Shown piece by piece: positions 19,784-27,738 of a DNA stretch of 64,000 nt. The position numbers were made by a program, and so were the translations under genes. This DNA is from Dehalococcoidia bacterium (GTDB taxonomy: Bacteria; Chloroflexota; Dehalococcoidia; UBA6926). Position 1 is the stretch's first letter. Every line of letters starts with the position of its first letter. Below the pieces are notes generated by a model. The model did not search any database. It had not been told where the DNA came from and worked only from the letters and a program-made list of their open reading frames with translations. The stretch covers positions 924,696 through 988,695 of the forward strand of contig OZ242019.1 of NCBI GenBank assembly GCA_965204885.1. The letters are read 5' to 3'.

Positions 19784-21211
19784 ATGGCGAACTCAAGAGG
19801 GAACAGTTCGGCGGACGACGCCCGGGCACAATCCGAGGCTCTGCGCGCGCTGCCGAGCGTGGATCGGCTAATCGGCAGCGAACCGCTCGATACGCTGGCC
19901 GAGAGTGTTGGCGCTGACGCGGTGACGCACGCCGCGCGGCAAGCTATCGACGACGCGCGTACGGCAATACTCGCCGGCGCGGCGGATACTGCGCCGAACC
20001 TGGACTCCCTGGCCGAACAGGTCGCGGCGTCCATTGACGACCTTTTGGGGCCGCGGCCGCGCCGCGTCATCAACGCCGCCGGCGTCATCATCCACACGAA
20101 CCTGGGGCGGGCGCCCCTGAGCCACGCCGCCATCGAGGCGATGAGCAACGTGGCGCGTGGATACTCCGATCTCGAGTACGACCTGCAGGCGGGAGAGCGC
20201 GGATCACGCCACGCGCACCCGGAGCGGCTGTTGCAATTCCTGACAGGCGCGGAGGCCGCGATCGTCGTCAATAACAACGCCTCCGCCGTGCTGCTTGCCC
20301 TGGCCGCCATCGCGGGAGGGCGGGAGGTCATTGTTTCACGCGGGGAGGCCGTGGAAATCGGCGGGCGGTTCAGGATACCGGACGTGCTGCGCCAGAGCGG
20401 GGCGACGCTTGTCGAGGTGGGAACGACGAATCGCACCTACGCCGGGGACTATGCAGACGCCATCACGGACAATACGGGGGCGCTTCTGCGGGTGCATCGC
20501 AGCAATTTCCTTGTTGTCGGTTTCACGAGCACGCCGGATGCGGCGGAGATTGCGGACATTGCGCACTCACGCGACGTTCCGCTCATCAATGATCTCGGTT
20601 CGGGCTGTTTGCTGGACACCGCGCAGTTCGGCCTAGCGCCGGAGCCGACGGTGCGGGACACCCTGGAGCGGGAAGGCTCAGACATCGCTATGTTCTCCGG
20701 CGACAAGCTGCTGGGCGGGCCGCAGGCCGGCATCACCGTGGGCCGCAAGGAGCTCATCGACAAGATGAAGTCCCATCCGCTCGCCCGCGCCGTTCGTATC
20801 GACAAGCTGGATCTGGCGGCGCTGACGGCGACGCTGCAGGCCTATGCGCGGGGCGCGGCGCTAAGGGAGGTGCCGGTGTGGCGCATGATCTCCGCGGGCG
20901 TTGCAGCTCTGGATGAGCGCGCCTTGCGGTGGCAAGAGGAAATCGGCGGGGGCGGCTTGCGCGTCGTGGAGGCGGAAACGGCGGTTGGCGGCGGAAGCCT
21001 GCCGGGTGGGACGCTTCCCACGCGTGCACTCGCCATCGAGCCCTCGCGGGCAAACGCGGACGCGCTGGCGGAACGGCTGCGCGTGACAGGTTCCCATCCG
21101 GCCGTCATTGGGCGCATCGATGAAGATCGCCTCCTGCTGGATCCGAGGACAGTATTGCCGGAAGAGGACGATGAGTTGATTTCGGCAGTGCGAGCAGCGC
21201 TGGAAGGTTAG
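19784..21211 (+). CDS. selA: L-seryl-tRNA(Sec) selenium transferase (selenocysteine synthase)
   Basis: 475-aa protein with the conserved SelA core (HTNLGRAPL, FSGDKLLGGPQAG PLP-lysine region). The LPSVDRLI N-terminal motif is typical of SelA. Confidence 0.85.
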   Translation: MANSRGNSSADDARAQSEALRALPSVDRLIGSEPLDTLAESVGADAVTHAARQAIDDARTAILAGAADTAPNLDSLAEQVAASIDDLLGPRPRRVINAAGVIIHTNLGRAPLSHAAIEAMSNVARGYSDLEYDLQAGERGSRHAHPERLLQFLTGAEAAIVVNNNASAVLLALAAIAGGREVIVSRGEAVEIGGRFRIPDVLRQSGATLVEVGTTNRTYAGDYADAITDNTGALLRVHRSNFLVVGFTSTPDAAEIADIAHSRDVPLINDLGSGCLLDTAQFGLAPEPTVRDTLEREGSDIAMFSGDKLLGGPQAGITVGRKELIDKMKSHPLARAVRIDKLDLAALTATLQAYARGAALREVPVWRMISAGVAALDERALRWQEEIGGGGLRVVEAETAVGGGSLPGGTLPTRALAIEPSRANADALAERLRVTGSHPAVIGRIDEDRLLLDPRTVLPEEDDELISAVRAALEG

Positions 21212-21228
21212 CAGGGCAACTGTCTCTT

Positions 21229-22122
21229 ATGATTCGCGCCGGGTATGTCGCCATCGTTGGACGGCCTAATGTTGGGAAATCGACGCTCGTCAATAATTTG
21301 GTGGGGACACAGCTTGCCGCGGTCAGTCCGAAGCCTCAGACCTCACGTTACCGCATCCTGGCCGTCCTGCACGGGGATGATTTCCAAGTTGGGCTGCTGG
21401 ACACGCCGGGGCGTCCCGCTGAGCCGCGCGTGGATGCGCTGAGCCGCCGGATGCTGCGCGAGACGCGGCAGGCGTTGGACATTGCCCATCTGGCAGTGCT
21501 GGTATCGGCGCCGCGCACTGCAGGAGACGTGGAAGAGACACTGCTCGACGAGATCAAGGCGCAGAACCTCCCAGCTATCGTCGCCATCAACAAGCTGGAT
21601 ACCGTGCGCAAGGGTACATTGCTGCCCGTTATCGAGGACTACAACGAGCTGTATGCAGAGTTCCGGGACATCGTGCCCGTCAGCGCACGAACGGGTGACG
21701 GGCTGGACAGCCTCCTGGAACGTATCATTGCCAACCTGCCGGAGCAGGAGCCGCTCTTCGATCCGTCAACCCTGACTGACCGCTCAGAGGCGTTCCTGAT
21801 TTCCGAGTTGATACGGGAGGGCGTGTTCACGGTCTACGGCGACGAGGTGCCCTACGCGACCGCTGTTGAAGTGGAAAAGCACGTGCCGCAGGATCCGGAA
21901 CACGGTGGGAAGGACTTTATTGAGGCGAGTGTGTACGTTGAGCGGGTTTCGCAGCGGGGGATCGTCGTGGGCAAGGGTGGGAAGGCGCTGAAGGACGTGG
22001 GCACGCACGTGAGGCCGTTGATCGAGGAGTTGTTGGGGCGGCCGGTGATGCTGTCCCTGTGGGCGCGCACGAGGCCGCGGTGGCGGCGTGATGATCGCTT
22101 CCTCAGGACGCTTGAGGAATAG
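21229..22122 (+). CDS. era: GTPase Era
   Basis: G1 motif GRPNVGKSTL, DTPG, NKLD and a C-terminal KH domain (VVGKGGKALK). Confidence 0.9.
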   Translation: MIRAGYVAIVGRPNVGKSTLVNNLVGTQLAAVSPKPQTSRYRILAVLHGDDFQVGLLDTPGRPAEPRVDALSRRMLRETRQALDIAHLAVLVSAPRTAGDVEETLLDEIKAQNLPAIVAINKLDTVRKGTLLPVIEDYNELYAEFRDIVPVSARTGDGLDSLLERIIANLPEQEPLFDPSTLTDRSEAFLISELIREGVFTVYGDEVPYATAVEVEKHVPQDPEHGGKDFIEASVYVERVSQRGIVVGKGGKALKDVGTHVRPLIEELLGRPVMLSLWARTRPRWRRDDRFLRTLEE

Positions 22123-22155
22123 GAAATCGGCTTCAGCCGTCCAGTTCGTGCTTAG

Positions 22156-22338
22156 TTAATTAATTCACATCTTGCCCGCGACAATGTGTCATGAGCGTTT
22201 TTTTCAGCGGTATAGACCGTGTTTCGTGGAATAATCCACGATCTGCTCCGGCAGGGTGTCATGATTGGTTGCTTTCAGCGGTATAGTCCGTGTTTAGTCA
22301 AATAATTCACGATTTCGTCCGGGACAAGGCCGCTGAAG
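22156..22338. repeat. Three tandem, progressively degenerate ~70-bp copies of the nadD 3' terminus
   Basis: Copy 3 (22269-22338) encodes the real nadD C-terminus LVPDEIVNYLTKHGLYR*. Copy 2 (22198-22268) would encode LPEQIVDYSTKHGLYR*. Copy 1 (22156-22197) is a partial remnant (...RGQDVN*). The copies fill the era/nadD convergent intergenic region. Confidence 0.75.
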
Positions 22339-22889
22339 TCTTCCCCGGCCTTCACCATGCTGCGGATGGACGACGAGCTGACATCCATGCGGGGGGCGTC
22401 ATCGAGGACGGTGACCCTTTCGCGGAGGCCGGGGACGGCGTCGTAGGACGCGGTCAGATCGGGGCGTCCCTCGGCATCAGCGCGGGGCATGGCGATGAAG
22501 CGGCAGAGCGTTACGAGCTCTTCCGGTTCGTGCCAGCGGGGGAGATCCGCCACGGAGTCTTCGCCCAGGATGAAGTAGTATTCCGTGTCCGGCGGCGACG
22601 TCGCCCGGAGTTCCCGGAGGGTGTCCACCGTGTACGTCGGGCCGGGGCGCGTGATTTCCATGTCGGACACAGCGAATTCGGCGTCTGAGCCTATCAGCAG
22701 GCGTGTCATCGCGAGGCGATGGGCTGCGGGGGCCACGTCCTGCCCTTCCTTGAGCCACTGTTCGCCGGCAGGCATGAAGAGGACCCTATCAAGCCCGACG
22801 CGCTCAAGCGCCTCACGCGCGATCATCCGGTGGCCGGCGTGGGGCGGATCAAAGCTGCCGCCCAGGATGCCGACGCGACTCACCGCCAC
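22275..22889 (-). CDS. nadD: Nicotinate-nucleotide adenylyltransferase
   Basis: Motif GGSFDPPHAGH (HxGH nucleotidyltransferase) and C-terminal SSSIR motif. Confidence 0.9.
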   Translation of the reverse strand: MAVSRVGILGGSFDPPHAGHRMIAREALERVGLDRVLFMPAGEQWLKEGQDVAPAAHRLAMTRLLIGSDAEFAVSDMEITRPGPTYTVDTLRELRATSPPDTEYYFILGEDSVADLPRWHEPEELVTLCRFIAMPRADAEGRPDLTASYDAVPGLRERVTVLDDAPRMDVSSSSIRSMVKAGEDFSGLVPDEIVNYLTKHGLYR

Positions 22890-24160
22890 ATCACCTCGGT
22901 ATCGCCGATAAGCACCCAGTCGCCGGGCTCCGCTCCCGCCCGCTCCAGCGCATCGATCGCGCCGATGTGGCCGAGCTCCCGCCAGAACTGGGCAGCGACG
23001 GCCATGTCCGTGAGGTCGATGCCGTCCGCGAGCCGCTCAATTCGGGGGTGCTTGAGCCGCCACACGCCCTCCTCTTCGGCTTCGACGACCGGCATGATGC
23101 GATCCGGCTCAGGCCGCAGGATGACCTCCGGCTCGTCTATCTCCTGCACAGGCGCTCGCTTGCGCGCCTCCCTTTCGGCTTCGACACGCGTGTACGCGGC
23201 CCGCATCAGTTCCGTCACGCCGTCGCCGGTGACAGCGGATACTGCAAACACCTCGTCGACACCCTCCGCGGCGAACGCCTTTCTGAGTTCCGGCAACTGC
23301 TCCTGGACCTCGGGCATATCAATCTTGTTGATTGCGACGATCTGCGGCTTCTCCTCAAGCCGAGCCTCGTGGAGGGCCAGCTCGTTGTTGATGCTGTGCC
23401 ACGCGTCAATCACATCGGGCAGACTGCCGTCGATGATGTGAATGAGGACGGCGGTGCGCTCCACATGACGGAGGAACTGGTCGCCGAGGCCCTTGCCCTC
23501 ATGCGCCCCCTCGATGAGCCCGGGAATATCCGCAAGGACGAAGCTGCTCCAGCCGATGTCCACAACGCCAAGGTTCGGCTCCGTCGTGGTGAATGCGTAC
23601 GAGGCGACACGCGGATTCGCGCCGGAGCCACTGGCCAGGAGGCTGGACTTGCCAGCGTTGGGGAGGCCGACGAGGCCAACATCCGCGAGGAGTTTCAAAT
23701 CCAGCTGGACATCAACCTCTTCACCGGGCTCACCGCCCTCCGCCAAGCGCGGCGCACGATTCGTCGAGCTGGTGAAGCGCGTGTTGCCGCGGCCTCCACT
23801 CCCACCCTTTGCGACGACGACAGTTGCGCCGTCAGACTCAAGATCCACCGTGCCGGCACCCTTCTCACCCGTCCACGTCACGATTGTTCCAACAGGAACC
23901 ATCAGAACCAGATTTCCACCTGTCTTCCCGGTCTGCTTCTTGCGTCGTCCAGGCTCCCCGTTCTGCGCCGCATAGCGAAGGGTGCGTCCATAGTCCTGCA
24001 GCGTCATCAGATTCTCGTCGGCCTGAAACACCACGCTGCCGCCCTCGCCGCCGTCACCACCGTCAGGTCCGCCAAACGGAACGTACTTCTCACGGCGGAA
24101 GGACACCGCGCCGCGGCCACCGTTTCCACCACGGACGTGAATCTGAGCTTGGTCAATCAT
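22880..24160 (-). CDS. obg: GTPase Obg/CgtA
   Basis: Glycine-rich Obg fold at the N-terminus (VRGGNGGRG...GGPDGGDGG), G domain (GLPNAGKSSL) and a C-terminal OCT-like region. Confidence 0.9.
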   Translation of the reverse strand: MIDQAQIHVRGGNGGRGAVSFRREKYVPFGGPDGGDGGEGGSVVFQADENLMTLQDYGRTLRYAAQNGEPGRRKKQTGKTGGNLVLMVPVGTIVTWTGEKGAGTVDLESDGATVVVAKGGSGGRGNTRFTSSTNRAPRLAEGGEPGEEVDVQLDLKLLADVGLVGLPNAGKSSLLASGSGANPRVASYAFTTTEPNLGVVDIGWSSFVLADIPGLIEGAHEGKGLGDQFLRHVERTAVLIHIIDGSLPDVIDAWHSINNELALHEARLEEKPQIVAINKIDMPEVQEQLPELRKAFAAEGVDEVFAVSAVTGDGVTELMRAAYTRVEAEREARKRAPVQEIDEPEVILRPEPDRIMPVVEAEEEGVWRLKHPRIERLADGIDLTDMAVAAQFWRELGHIGAIDALERAGAEPGDWVLIGDTEVMWR

Positions 24161-24205
24161 TCTCTCAGGATATATCTAGATGGTTTGTCATACCTCGTTT
24201 AACGC

Positions 24206-24322
24206 CGTGGAAGCAGTGGAAGCGTTATTGGGTCAGGAAGGGGATGCGTGGTGGATTCCAGGTGGAATCGATGTGGAAGAGCGGTGGAAAGCAGGCGGGG
24301 AGCGGGAGGGGTTGGTGGAAAA
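24206..24322 (+). repeat. Array of seven GTGGAW (DnaA-box-like) iterons, four of them at exact 11-bp spacing
   Basis: The iterons are CGTGGAAGC (24206), AGTGGAAGC (24215), GGTGGATTC (24250), GGTGGAATC (24261), TGTGGAAGA (24272), GGTGGAAAG (24283) and GGTGGAAAA (24314). All share a GTGGA core matching the TGTGGATAA DnaA R-box. The tract is strongly purine-biased on the + strand. Confidence 0.55.
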
Positions 24323-24345
24323 GTGGGGCTATGAGGGCGGGGCTG

Positions 24346-27300
24346 TCAGGAGGAGAGGAGTTTCTTGACGAGGCGCTCGACGTCCTTGCCCTCCTTGGAT
24401 TGCCGCAGCCATTTGCGGATTTCACGGCGGGCGGTGGTCACCGTCAGCGACCTGCCCTGCGCCTCTTCTTTCGCCCGCAAATACGGCAACATCTCCGCCA
24501 CACGTTTGGCCGCCGCCTCTCCCGCCTGCGCAAGTTCTCGATGCAAGTTCACACTCTCATCGAACCTAGGTATCGGCAGCTTCCACAGGTGCTTCTGTAC
24601 GTGGCGTGGGCCAAACATTCCTTTGGGCATCAGCGGTTCCATAGCCTCGTACAGCGCAGTAGAGTTTATGACTGCAACGATGTAATTGGCCTCTGATTTG
24701 TTGAAGCAAGCAAGCCAGAATCCCGTATAGTCAATAAGTGCGTCCCCGTCGGAGATTATCGTCGCTGTCGGAGTACCTGAAGCCGAGTAAAGGATCCGCA
24801 CTGGCATCTCACGGTTGTCCTGCTGCCATTCGAGTTGGGCTGTCAGTTTGTCCCAATAATCAATTTGGCCCAGCAAAGATAGCTTGTTGGCCTTCGCCCT
24901 ATTCGCCTCCCACAGGCGGCTGACCGTCCTCCATCGATCCCGCATTCGGCTTTGCAGACCGGACGAATCAAGGACGCTAAGCGGGTTGCCGTCCCTGGAA
25001 AGCCTCTCATTGTCCGGCCGAATTGGGAGAACCGCCTTCAGAGGCTCCAGCGTTGCGTACGGCACGAGCGTCTCGCCCAAATGGACATCGAAGACGTGAG
25101 TTTCCTCAATGGTCTGGCCGGTAATCGCCGATAGGTCAAGGCCACGCCATGGGGCTTTGTCCTTCGACCCAAGACGCGGATTGACCGTGACCGTTCCGGG
25201 CGCCTTGATGGGGGATGGATTCTCCGTCTCCTCAACAAAGTGGAGCCTGCGGGGAACGATGGTCGCGCCCTGCCGCGCCCGATCAGCATAGGGCGACTCG
25301 CCTGTGCCCGTAATCGTAACGGGCACCCTTCCAAAGTTCTGCTTTTTCGTCTCCCCAGTCCAACGCTCAACCGTTCCCGCGAGTGGCTTCGCAGGCGGAT
25401 CATTACTGCCCTCTGCAACGACACGGCGCGCAAAGGCGACGCTTGCGGGCAGTGGAAAGAACGTGTTGGGTTTCAGATGGTACAGATCCCAAGGGAATTT
25501 GTGCGTAAAATCGACGGCCAGCACCCCGCCATCAATCCCGATATTCCAGACACCCGTCCGCCACGCGGCATACTGCCCTGCCTGGAGCGCGCTGTGCGGC
25601 ATCACCATGCCAATGATGCCGCCGTCCTCGAGATAGAGATCGACTGAGCGGGTGAAAAAGAGCCCCGCAACGTCCATGTGCGTCGCGTACTGCCCGCCCT
25701 GCCAGATGCCGTACACGTCTTTGCTGAATTGCTCAAGTCCTGTACGCAAATCCGCGATTGTCTTGTTGTAGGTGATCCATGGCGGATTGCCGATGACGAT
25801 ATCCACTTTCTGGTTTGCTAAAGTGACAGGCCGCACCATGTTGCGGGTGTAATACGCCCAGATGTGATTACGACCCTCCTTATGGAGCCTCTGCAATGTG
25901 GCGACGGCTTGTGCGAGAGTCTCCCGTTCGCCGTTTTCCAAACCGGCGTCATCAAGGGCGGACGACGGATCATCCCCGTGCTCAATCGCATGTGTCACGC
26001 TCGCAATCACATTGTCGAAATTCTCCGCCCGCTCGACGAGGGAGCGCGGGAAAACAAGCTCTGTATTGTCAGCATCCCGCACTGGGATGGTGACAATATC
26101 TTTCGAGAACATGTCGCCTCTGATTTGTAGTTGGAGTGAATCCCCCAAGTACACGGGTGCGGAGAAGTTGGACGACGGCAGCGCGCTGCCCTGTTCGTCG
26201 ATGCGTTCAAACAGCGGGGTGGCGGCCAACACCCAGGCGGCGCGGGCAAGGTGAACGGCGACCGGATGCACGTCGATGCCGATCACGCGCTCACGCAGCC
26301 GGTTCAGCAGATCTGAGGCCGTGTATCTGTCCAGCGGATCAGCATTGTTGTCAGCCGCCTCGATAAAGCGAGCGATGGCCTCCGTGAGGAACGTGCCGGA
26401 GCCGCAGGCGGGGTCGAGAACGCTCTGGTTGAGCGGGTCCGTCACCAGTTCCCGGACCATCGTGCGGGCGAGCCAATCCGGCGTGTAGTATTCGCCAAGC
26501 TGCCTGCGGTCATCCGGCGGAATTACGGCCTCATAGAGGATGGCGGCGACGTTTTCAGGGACCTTCCGCCAGTTGAACCGGCTGATGCGCCGGGCAAGCG
26601 TGGTGAGGAACGGGCCGCCGCCGATCTCCGTGGGCCACGCGAAGAAATCCGACTCCACCACGCCCTCAATGCCTGTGCGGCTGCGGAACCGCTGTCCGAG
26701 CACCAGATCGTGCGGGTCGTTCGCGGCAAGTTGACGGATATCCACTCCGAACGCCGCCTGCACGACGATGCCAATAACAGTCGTGAGGTACGTGTGGCGG
26801 ATGAACAGGTCATCCATCTCCTCCTGGCTCTGAGCGATCTCGCCCAACGCCGTGCGGAGCAAGTCTTCCCACAGCCGCCGCTTGACCGCGATGCTCGAGT
26901 TGTCCCGCGCCTGCTCATAGAGGGCTCTGAGGGTGTCGATGTCCTGTAGATAGCGGGGGCTGTTGATGCCAAAGTGCTTCTCAATGTCGTCGTGCGTCGG
27001 CTCAATGTTCTGGAGTGCGACCAGCGCCTCATCACGCAGCCATTCATGGAGGGCGCGCCAACTGTTGGCATCCTCAAGCGTGATTGCATACGGTTTGGTG
27101 AGCTTTGGCTCGCCTGCGCCGGGCCAGCGGAGCACCCAATACTTGCCGTCGGTCAGGATGCCCATACGCACCGTGCCATCGCGCTGAGAGCTCTCCAGGT
27201 AGCCGTCCAACTGAGCGACGTTTTCCGCGTCAGGCACACCCCGCTTTGCCATGCCGATGCGCCGTTTGACTTCAACGAACGTGTCGAGAGCGGTGAGATC

Positions 27301-27501
27301 CACGGCTCGACGAGTGGAGTCCGGGGAGGGAGGATTCTCCTCGTCTATCTCGTGCGACTCTACCAACCGTGTCGCAATGAGGAAATCACGGACGGCGGTG
27401 GTGATGTTGGCCTCGGGCTCGTCTCGCTCATGGCGGCGCAGTAGTTCGTTGGCCGCGTTCTCTGAGGCCGCTTCGTCGGGGACTGTGGGATTGTCGGTCA
27501 T
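24346..27501 (-). CDS. Type IIG/IIL (MmeI-like) restriction-modification fusion enzyme; BREX PglX-like N6-adenine methyltransferase is an alternative reading
   Basis: The 1051-aa protein has an N-terminal D...EVK PD-(D/E)xK-like motif (LDTFVEVKRR). Gamma-class amino-MTase motif I is present (YYTPDWLARTMV...DPACGSGTFL), followed later by motif IV (IVIGNPPW), with a long C-terminal TRD-like region. GC content is modestly below the flanking housekeeping genes. Confidence 0.65.
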   Translation of the reverse strand: MTDNPTVPDEAASENAANELLRRHERDEPEANITTAVRDFLIATRLVESHEIDEENPPSPDSTRRAVDLTALDTFVEVKRRIGMAKRGVPDAENVAQLDGYLESSQRDGTVRMGILTDGKYWVLRWPGAGEPKLTKPYAITLEDANSWRALHEWLRDEALVALQNIEPTHDDIEKHFGINSPRYLQDIDTLRALYEQARDNSSIAVKRRLWEDLLRTALGEIAQSQEEMDDLFIRHTYLTTVIGIVVQAAFGVDIRQLAANDPHDLVLGQRFRSRTGIEGVVESDFFAWPTEIGGGPFLTTLARRISRFNWRKVPENVAAILYEAVIPPDDRRQLGEYYTPDWLARTMVRELVTDPLNQSVLDPACGSGTFLTEAIARFIEAADNNADPLDRYTASDLLNRLRERVIGIDVHPVAVHLARAAWVLAATPLFERIDEQGSALPSSNFSAPVYLGDSLQLQIRGDMFSKDIVTIPVRDADNTELVFPRSLVERAENFDNVIASVTHAIEHGDDPSSALDDAGLENGERETLAQAVATLQRLHKEGRNHIWAYYTRNMVRPVTLANQKVDIVIGNPPWITYNKTIADLRTGLEQFSKDVYGIWQGGQYATHMDVAGLFFTRSVDLYLEDGGIIGMVMPHSALQAGQYAAWRTGVWNIGIDGGVLAVDFTHKFPWDLYHLKPNTFFPLPASVAFARRVVAEGSNDPPAKPLAGTVERWTGETKKQNFGRVPVTITGTGESPYADRARQGATIVPRRLHFVEETENPSPIKAPGTVTVNPRLGSKDKAPWRGLDLSAITGQTIEETHVFDVHLGETLVPYATLEPLKAVLPIRPDNERLSRDGNPLSVLDSSGLQSRMRDRWRTVSRLWEANRAKANKLSLLGQIDYWDKLTAQLEWQQDNREMPVRILYSASGTPTATIISDGDALIDYTGFWLACFNKSEANYIVAVINSTALYEAMEPLMPKGMFGPRHVQKHLWKLPIPRFDESVNLHRELAQAGEAAAKRVAEMLPYLRAKEEAQGRSLTVTTARREIRKWLRQSKEGKDVERLVKKLLSS

Positions 27502-27543
27502 GGTTGGATTATAGGCGGGTTTGGCTCAGGGGTTGCGTTCTTG

Positions 27544-27570
27544 GATTCCTCGGCTGCGCTCGGAATGACA
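27544..27570. repeat. REP-like palindromic element copy 1 (GATTCCTCGGCTGCGCTCGGAATGACA)
   Basis: 27-bp element with GATTCC/GGAATC inverted termini. It recurs at 30442 with one mismatch and in shorter form at 27686. Confidence 0.7.
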
Positions 27571-27640
27571 TGTGGGCGCTGCCCGTCCGTTCATGTGACC
27601 CTTCGACAAGCTCAGGGTGAACGGCCGGGCGGGGGTTGTG

Positions 27641-27662
27641 GCCCCCGTATCAAGTACGGGGC
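27641..27662 (-). terminator. GC-rich hairpin downstream of dnaA (CCCCGTA-tcaag-TACGGGG)
   Basis: Perfect 7-8 bp GC-rich stem with a 5-nt loop, 77 bp downstream of the dnaA stop. No clear U-tract follows. Confidence 0.4.
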
Positions 27663-27685
27663 AGGCTCTGTCGGGCCACGGGGTG

Positions 27686-27709
27686 GATTCCGGCCTGCGC
27701 CGGAATGAC
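27686..27709. repeat. REP-like palindromic element copy 2 (GATTCCGGCCTGCGCCGGAATGAC)
   Basis: Same termini as copy 1, with the stem ATTCCGG/CCGGAAT. Located downstream of dnaA. Confidence 0.6.
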
Positions 27710-27738
27710 GGAGGGGGGAGGGGATTCTGACGGTGGGG

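Noticed and set aside
22967-24202. 411-aa + strand ORF
   Set aside because: It is antisense to obg. The obg reading frame has unambiguous GTPase motifs, and this ORF is an artefact of high GC.
24346-27501. BREX PglX interpretation of the large methyltransferase
   Set aside because: No brxA/B/C, pglZ or brxL genes flank it; the neighbours are obg and dnaA. The N-terminal D..EVK nuclease-like motif favours an MmeI-type single-chain R-M enzyme. This reading is kept as an alternative in the call.
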